From Setoptus koraiensis (taxonomy: Eukaryota > Animalia > Arthropoda), in NCBI GenBank assembly GCA_048013815.1, contig CM106585.1:11842001-11906000 (forward strand): a stretch of DNA of 64,000 nucleotides, in the 5' to 3' direction. Every line of letters begins with the position of its first letter. The first letter of the stretch is position 1. Made by a program: the position numbers and the translations under genes. This document shows, piece after piece, positions 58,697-64,000 of the stretch. The notes below the pieces were generated by a model. The model searched no databases and had not been told where the DNA came from. It was given only the letters and a program-made list of their open reading frames with translations.

Positions 58697-59797
58697 ATGT
58701 CCCTAGTTTACGGCCTTAATCAGTTGAGCTCTGAGGGCCCCATAAAATCTTCGAAGCTAGTCTCATCCATTGTCATGAACGCCTCGTCGACAACAGATTC
58801 GGTCAAGTTGGCCGGTCTCGGTTGCTTCGAATATCTGGAGTCTATTTGCACATGGATTCGTTACATAGCTGTTGACGTTTGGGAAGAATGGGGCGACCCA
58901 GAGACCAACAGTAAGTAATGCGACAATCAATTAAACACTCTTAGGCCAGCCACGATTTTCTATAAAATGTAACTCGAAATCATCCAACTATTCGCCGCAG
59001 ACTATTTCTGGCTGAAAGGAGGACCCTGGCTAACTTGGCTGGCCACCTTATCATATCTATTTACAGTGTTGTACGTGGGCCCAAGATTTATGCAACATAG
59101 AAAACCGTACGATTTGAAGTTAATCATACGCTTGTACAACCTGTTGCTGGTCTACATCAACGCCTATCTGTTTGTCAACACACTGGCCAGTTTTCGGTAT
59201 GGCCTCGACTATTGGGGCTGCTCGGAGGCGCTTAGTTTCAAGAAACGGACTGCCTTGTTGCATTATGGACACTTGTTTTTCCACACTCGCTATCTGGAAT
59301 TTTTTGACACATTCTTTTTCATATTGCGCAAAAAGCAGAATCAGATTAATTTTATACATGTGTTCCATCACGGTATTGTTCCAACACTGATGTATATAGG
59401 CATGAAGTTTTATCCCGTTCCATTCAATGTTTTATTGCCCACCACAAATATGTTTGTTCACATTATCATGTATGCCTATTACGGTCTAGCCACATTTGGA
59501 CCAAAGATGCAACCGTATCTCTGGTGGAAGAAGTACCTAACTAGAATGCAAATATCACAGTTTGCCCTATTAATATTTCATTGTGCGCAACCCTTATACT
59601 TGAGATCGTGCAAATTTCCAACGGGCTTGGTGCTGATAAACACATCAATCGGTTTGGTGTTCCTGTTGTTATTTTCATCGTTTTACATGGAGACCTACGC
59701 TGGCGCAAAGCCTAGAGTGGGAAAATCCGTTTCGGCACCCGCTTCCACCATCGAGAACAATCGTTCCAAAGCGGATCAGGTGAAAAAGTTACAATAA
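58697..59797 (+). CDS. ELOVL: Very-long-chain fatty acid elongase, ELO/GNS1/SUR4 family (336 aa; exons 58697-58910, 59001-59797)
   Basis: Phase-1 intron 58911-59000 (90 nt) gives GDPETN|NYFWLKGGPW. Motifs YLEFFDTFFFILRKK, HVFHH (HxxHH), NMFVHIIMYAYY, WWKKYLTRMQ and a C-terminal KKLQ ER-retrieval signal. Confidence 0.95.
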
Positions 59798-60743
59798 CAT
59801 AACTACGACGAAAATCCAACAACCAACAACAACCGGACCTAGGCAGTAACAGCAAGTGCTCCCGTGGTTGTTGTGCCCTCCAAAGATGTAACCGATCTTG
59901 GCCTGCTGAGTAACAACCCTAGCCAAATAAATTTAGCAAACTTATCCTCGTGTCGTCCGTCCGTCTGTTAGTCACTGTTCTGGGAAACGGTCGTTTCGTC
60001 AGCGCATAGGTTTCATTTTCGCATTTCCTGGTCGTTTATTTCATACTTGTTCATATAAACTTTTTTAATTCAATTTTCGAGGCACCTTCGTTCATCACTA
60101 AGGGAGAAGATGCTCATTTTGGGTCTTCTCTCCCTCTCTCTCTGGTGTCGCCAACGAAGGATGCTTGGAAACACTGACGACATGAAGCGTCGCAATGTAC
60201 AAATTTCGAAGAATTCTAAGCTCGAAAAAAATACCGTTTGAATGCTGAAACCTGACTCAGGTTACAAAACGGTGATCAGGCTAATTCCGTTTATCTGGCC
60301 CCATTGAAGAGGGTCCGGTCCGAGACAAAATGCGAACATCGAGATTCCGATGCATGCGACCTGGTGATCGTCAATGACGATTCGTCATAGAGTGTGACAC
60401 CAACTTGGCGTCAGCAAGATGTCGATACTTGACGCGTCCAGAATGGAGGCGCCACCAAGTCGCGACTCGCGGTACATTTAGGGTTTCAGCGTGGGCTCAA
60501 GTGGTTGCAATTCTCTGTGCAATAACAGAATACAATGCCACGCGGTAAATTAAGAAAAGTCCCATGAAAATGAAACAAAAAAAATCAAATTTTTAACTCA
60601 ACGGAAAAAAGACAGACGGTACGATGCCCAAAAGAGACTCCATTCTATACTTGTTTTTTGTTGTTATGTCCAGCGCTGATGCATTAATTAATCATTATCA
60701 ATCATTATAATTATCAACTAATATTACTCATCAATAAACCAAA

Positions 60744-62537
60744 ATGACAGATTCGGACTTTGAATATTTCAGGAAGTTTAATACGCTGAGATTCAATGAG
60801 GTAACCTGCGACTTCACCATAATCATTGGGGGCAGAACAATATTGGCCCACAAGACGATTCTAGCCGCATCTTCGCCATATTTTCGAGAGATTATGGCGA
60901 ACGAATCGAAGTGGTCAAAAGAATGGCACGTAATAGAGGAACTAAATTTCGAGGCGGTTCAAGCCGTAGTTTACTACATGTATACTGAGCAAATCGACTT
61001 GAACACGCACTATGTAGTTTCCATAATGGAAGTCGCCACAGCTTTCAAGATGGCAAAACTGGAGCAAAAATGTGTGGCTCATCTCACCAAAGATATTGGC
61101 CTCACAAACTGCGTCGACATGTTTAATAACGCCGGCATATACTGCTCTGGGAAACTAGCACAAGCAGCCAAAGATTACATATTGAGAAATTTCACCAAGA
61201 TCAACGAACAGATAGTGAAATTAAGCCCGGAAGCAATCCTAGATATTGTCAAGGACGACAACTTGGTCGTCGATGATGAATATGATCTGTTCCAGTCCAT
61301 TCGAAAATGGGCCGCCTCCGGACTATACACGGAAAAACATTTGATAGATCTTGTAGAGCAAATAAGACTGCCTCAGATGAGTGCAGTATCCTTGAAGAAA
61401 GTTGCCTCTGATCCTATGATACGGTCGAACGAAATATGCCGAGACTATGTGGATAAAGTGATACTTTATTGTTTATTCCCCTACGAAATCTCGGATATCA
61501 GAAACGAAAATTTATTCCATGCACGAGGGTCGACGCCCGCGTGCTTATATTATTTTGGGGGCGGAAAGCCAACTATTAGATACGACCCGATACAAGATGA
61601 ATGGTTTGAGACGGACATGCCAATAATCGCTCAGGAAAAGTTTGCCATAACTGTCTGGAATAATGTCATATACTTCGCCGGCGGTACGCTGGGGGAGGAA
61701 AATTCCGATTGTGTCTCTTGTTATAATTTTACTTCCAACATAACTACACATCTGAGGCCCTTACCAGAGCCCGTAAAGAAGCTTGGCATGGCGGTTCTTG
61801 AAGGCAGCCCTTTTCTCATCGGAGGTGTGATCTGGGATAATGAACATGGCTGGAAGGCAACAGGAAGAGCCACATGGTTTCGACAGGATAATGACAGTTG
61901 GATCGATTGTCGGTCAATCAATTCCGAATACGATTTTGGTGTAGTAACTTTGCACAACGAGGTTTACGTCATCGGCGGGCATTTCAACGGAACAAGAGTT
62001 GAACGCTATCGCGATCAACGATGGCAACTAGTGCCATCAATGAGAACTCCCAGGGCGGCTCCTGGATGCACAACATACGACGGTTCAATTTATGTTGCTG
62101 GGGGGCATACTGGAAAGTGTCGCGTCAAGTCTGCAGAGAGATATGATCCCATTAGCAATCGTTGGATAGAGATTTCGAGTTTGTCAGTTGGCCGGGACCA
62201 TCTAAGTCTAGTTGTATTGGACAAACACATTTACGCTGTTGGCGGCAAAACGTCACGCGGCTGGTCAGATATAATAGAAGTATACGACCCTGCAAAAGAC
62301 GAGTAGGTAACCCCAAGAAGAACGCGCTCGATTCTTAGAGCTGCTGATTCTTGAATGATGATCGATCATTGGTGTCAAACAATTCTAATACCACGAAAAT
62401 CGATACATACATCATCACTTATCATGTTATTATTATTTCAATACACATTTCAATTTAGGTGGACGAGGCGAGATTCAAGACGACTCTATTATTATGGAGG
62501 TGCCGTGGCAATCCAAGGACTGAAACATCGGCGCTAG
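60744..62537 (+). CDS. Kelch-like BTB-BACK-Kelch protein (545 aa; exons 60744-62302, 62459-62537)
   Basis: BTB (CDFTIIIGGRTILAHKTILAASSPYFR), BACK, and Kelch repeats (YFAGG, YVIGG, YVAGG, YAVGG; YDP...W). A phase-2 intron 62303-62458 (GTAGGT...TTTAG, 156 nt) restores YDPAKDE|WTRR...GGAVA to finish the last blade. Confidence 0.88.
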
Positions 62538-63401
62538 AGGAGAAAAATAGGATCCAAGTAAAGATCAAAAGAGCGTGACATGCTAATAGTTGGACAATAT
62601 TCACATGAGATGTGATCAGCAACAAGTGCATCAGACAACAACAACAACCAGACAAACAATACTAATGACTACATCAGAAAGCACAGCGACAACATAAAAA
62701 ATAGCGGTGATTACAATTAGGAATTACATTACATCACTCCAAACTTTTGGTGACGCTGTGCGCAGGCCAAGCGACAGTGTTGTTGCTAACTAACTGGCCG
62801 TTAGTGCCTCGGCTACACACCATTGATTGTTACGTAACCGGAAAAGGTGGCCACTTCTCTATGACATCACACAAGCGACTCTTTGTCTAATAGCTAACTG
62901 CAACAATGTCGTCAGACATAGTCAGCATAACAATCTGTGTAACCGGCTATGTCGGAAGTTTAGATTATTTATTTATTAATGACATCTGCAGCAATAAAAT
63001 CCATGAATAGGCCTCGAAATGGAACACTATTCAGTTAATGTTGAGAGTAGAAAAGATGACCACTCCTCATATCACTGTATCAAATGTTAGTCTGTCTGCC
63101 TTTGTCCCCAATCTGACCATTGTTTAGCGTTAGTTACGATTTAACACCAAAACGTTTTATTTTCACGAATAAATACCGTTTTAACTGTGGACTGTGCCCG
63201 ACAAACAGATAGAACAAACAAAGTTCAATTGTTTCTTTGTGAATGTCGAATCGAGCATTTAATTTGTTACGCCCATTCAAGCAGAGCGGGTCGTTATTCG
63301 AATGATCATGCATTTTCTATCTAATTGGTTGAAAAAGCTGCAGCAACTCTTATCAATCGTAGTTAAAATTGGTGAAAGTCATAGACAGTAAGTTAAGACC
63401 A

Positions 63402-64000
63402 ATGATGGCCAAATCAAAGCAAATCGACGCGCCTACGTATCTATGTTATTCTGTGATATATATTGTGCTGTTTCTGCCTGCTAGTATAGTGTCGAACAAT
63501 GATGAATATGCCAACAGTCAATCCATTAATTTAAATAATTTGCACAGTATTGACGATTTAGACCATGTTCACAATCATCATATCATTGGGCAAAAGAACG
63601 TTAGACAGTTGCCTCAGCAATTCGGTGAATTATTGAACTCGAATTATGTTCAATCTCTGCTGACCAGATTCTTGCCGCCAAAAATCATGGGCTTGTTAAG
63701 CCAGAGTGGCAGATTGTTGCCACCTTCATCATCATCAGCATCAGGTATGGACGGTAATACTATAGGCCAGAATCCATCAACGCTAGACGATTGGTTAGAC
63801 GTGTCCAGCTATCAGAAAAATTTGCCGGCGGAAAACTATCAAGATACTCTAGCTCAGCGTCAGCTATCATCGGAGAGTAACAATCAGCAACAGCAATCAC
63901 AATATCCAGCTCAACTCCAACAGCGACAGACACCCGGAAATCAGCTTATATCGCAGTCTAGTTCAAATCGACCTAGCCATGCTTCTACATCAATTACTAG
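63402..64000 (+). CDS. 5' part of a putative secreted Q/S/N-rich protein, open to the window end
   Basis: My translation gives 199 stop-free codons: MMAKSKQIDAPTYLCYSVIYIVLFLPASIVSNNDEY...LDDWLDVSSYQ...NQQQQSQYPAQ. It has a signal-peptide-like hydrophobic stretch. It is absent from the ORF track, presumably because no stop lies in the window. Confidence 0.65.
   Translation, partial: MMAKSKQIDAPTYLCYSVIYIVLFLPASIVSNNDEYANSQSINLNNLHSIDDLDHVHNHHIIGQKNVRQLPQQFGELLNSNYVQSLLTRFLPPKIMGLLSQSGRLLPPSSSSASGMDGNTIGQNPSTLDDWLDVSSYQKNLPAENYQDTLAQRQLSSESNNQQQQSQYPAQLQQRQTPGNQLISQSSSNRPSHASTSIT

Noticed and set aside
62304-62306. TAG in the Kelch gene as a nonsense mutation (pseudogene)
   Set aside because: A canonical phase-2 intron removes it and restores the conserved Trp and the rest of the blade.

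Overview
This is eukaryotic (animal, arthropod-type) genomic DNA, not prokaryotic. It has GT-AG introns of mostly 81-156 nt, a eukaryotic elongator tRNA-Met, and metazoan genes. The compact, intron-poor genes suggest a mite such as an eriophyoid, but that is inference only. The window has three parts. (1) 1-~15.7 kb is a GC-rich, gene-poor block full of micro- and minisatellites. It contains one tRNA-Met(CAT), a few candidate exons (one Thr-rich, one C-type-lectin-like), a long CAA/GTT foldback, and a dense set of PAR-bZIP-type RTTACGYAAY sites, including two triplets spaced exactly 20 bp apart. (2) 15.9-29.2 kb holds a probable decayed Mutator-like (MULE) element and then a tandem array of four intact genes plus one pseudogene. 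The intact genes encode 633-689 aa multi-pass membrane proteins. Each has a short last exon, missed by the ORF track, behind a conserved phase-0 intron. Together with the helix pattern this points to highly divergent, oversized gustatory-receptor-like (7TM ion channel) chemoreceptors, with a conserved Cys/His-rich insert and gene-conversion-like mosaicism. This array is the best candidate for an undescribed system. (3) 29.5-64 kb is compact conserved gene space: a miniature-like ZP protein, alpha-catenin, APC10, pasha/DGCR8, ZER1, an orphan secreted protein, an ELOVL elongase, a BTB-Kelch gene and the 5' part of another secreted protein. All family assignments come from motif recognition by eye; no database searches were run.
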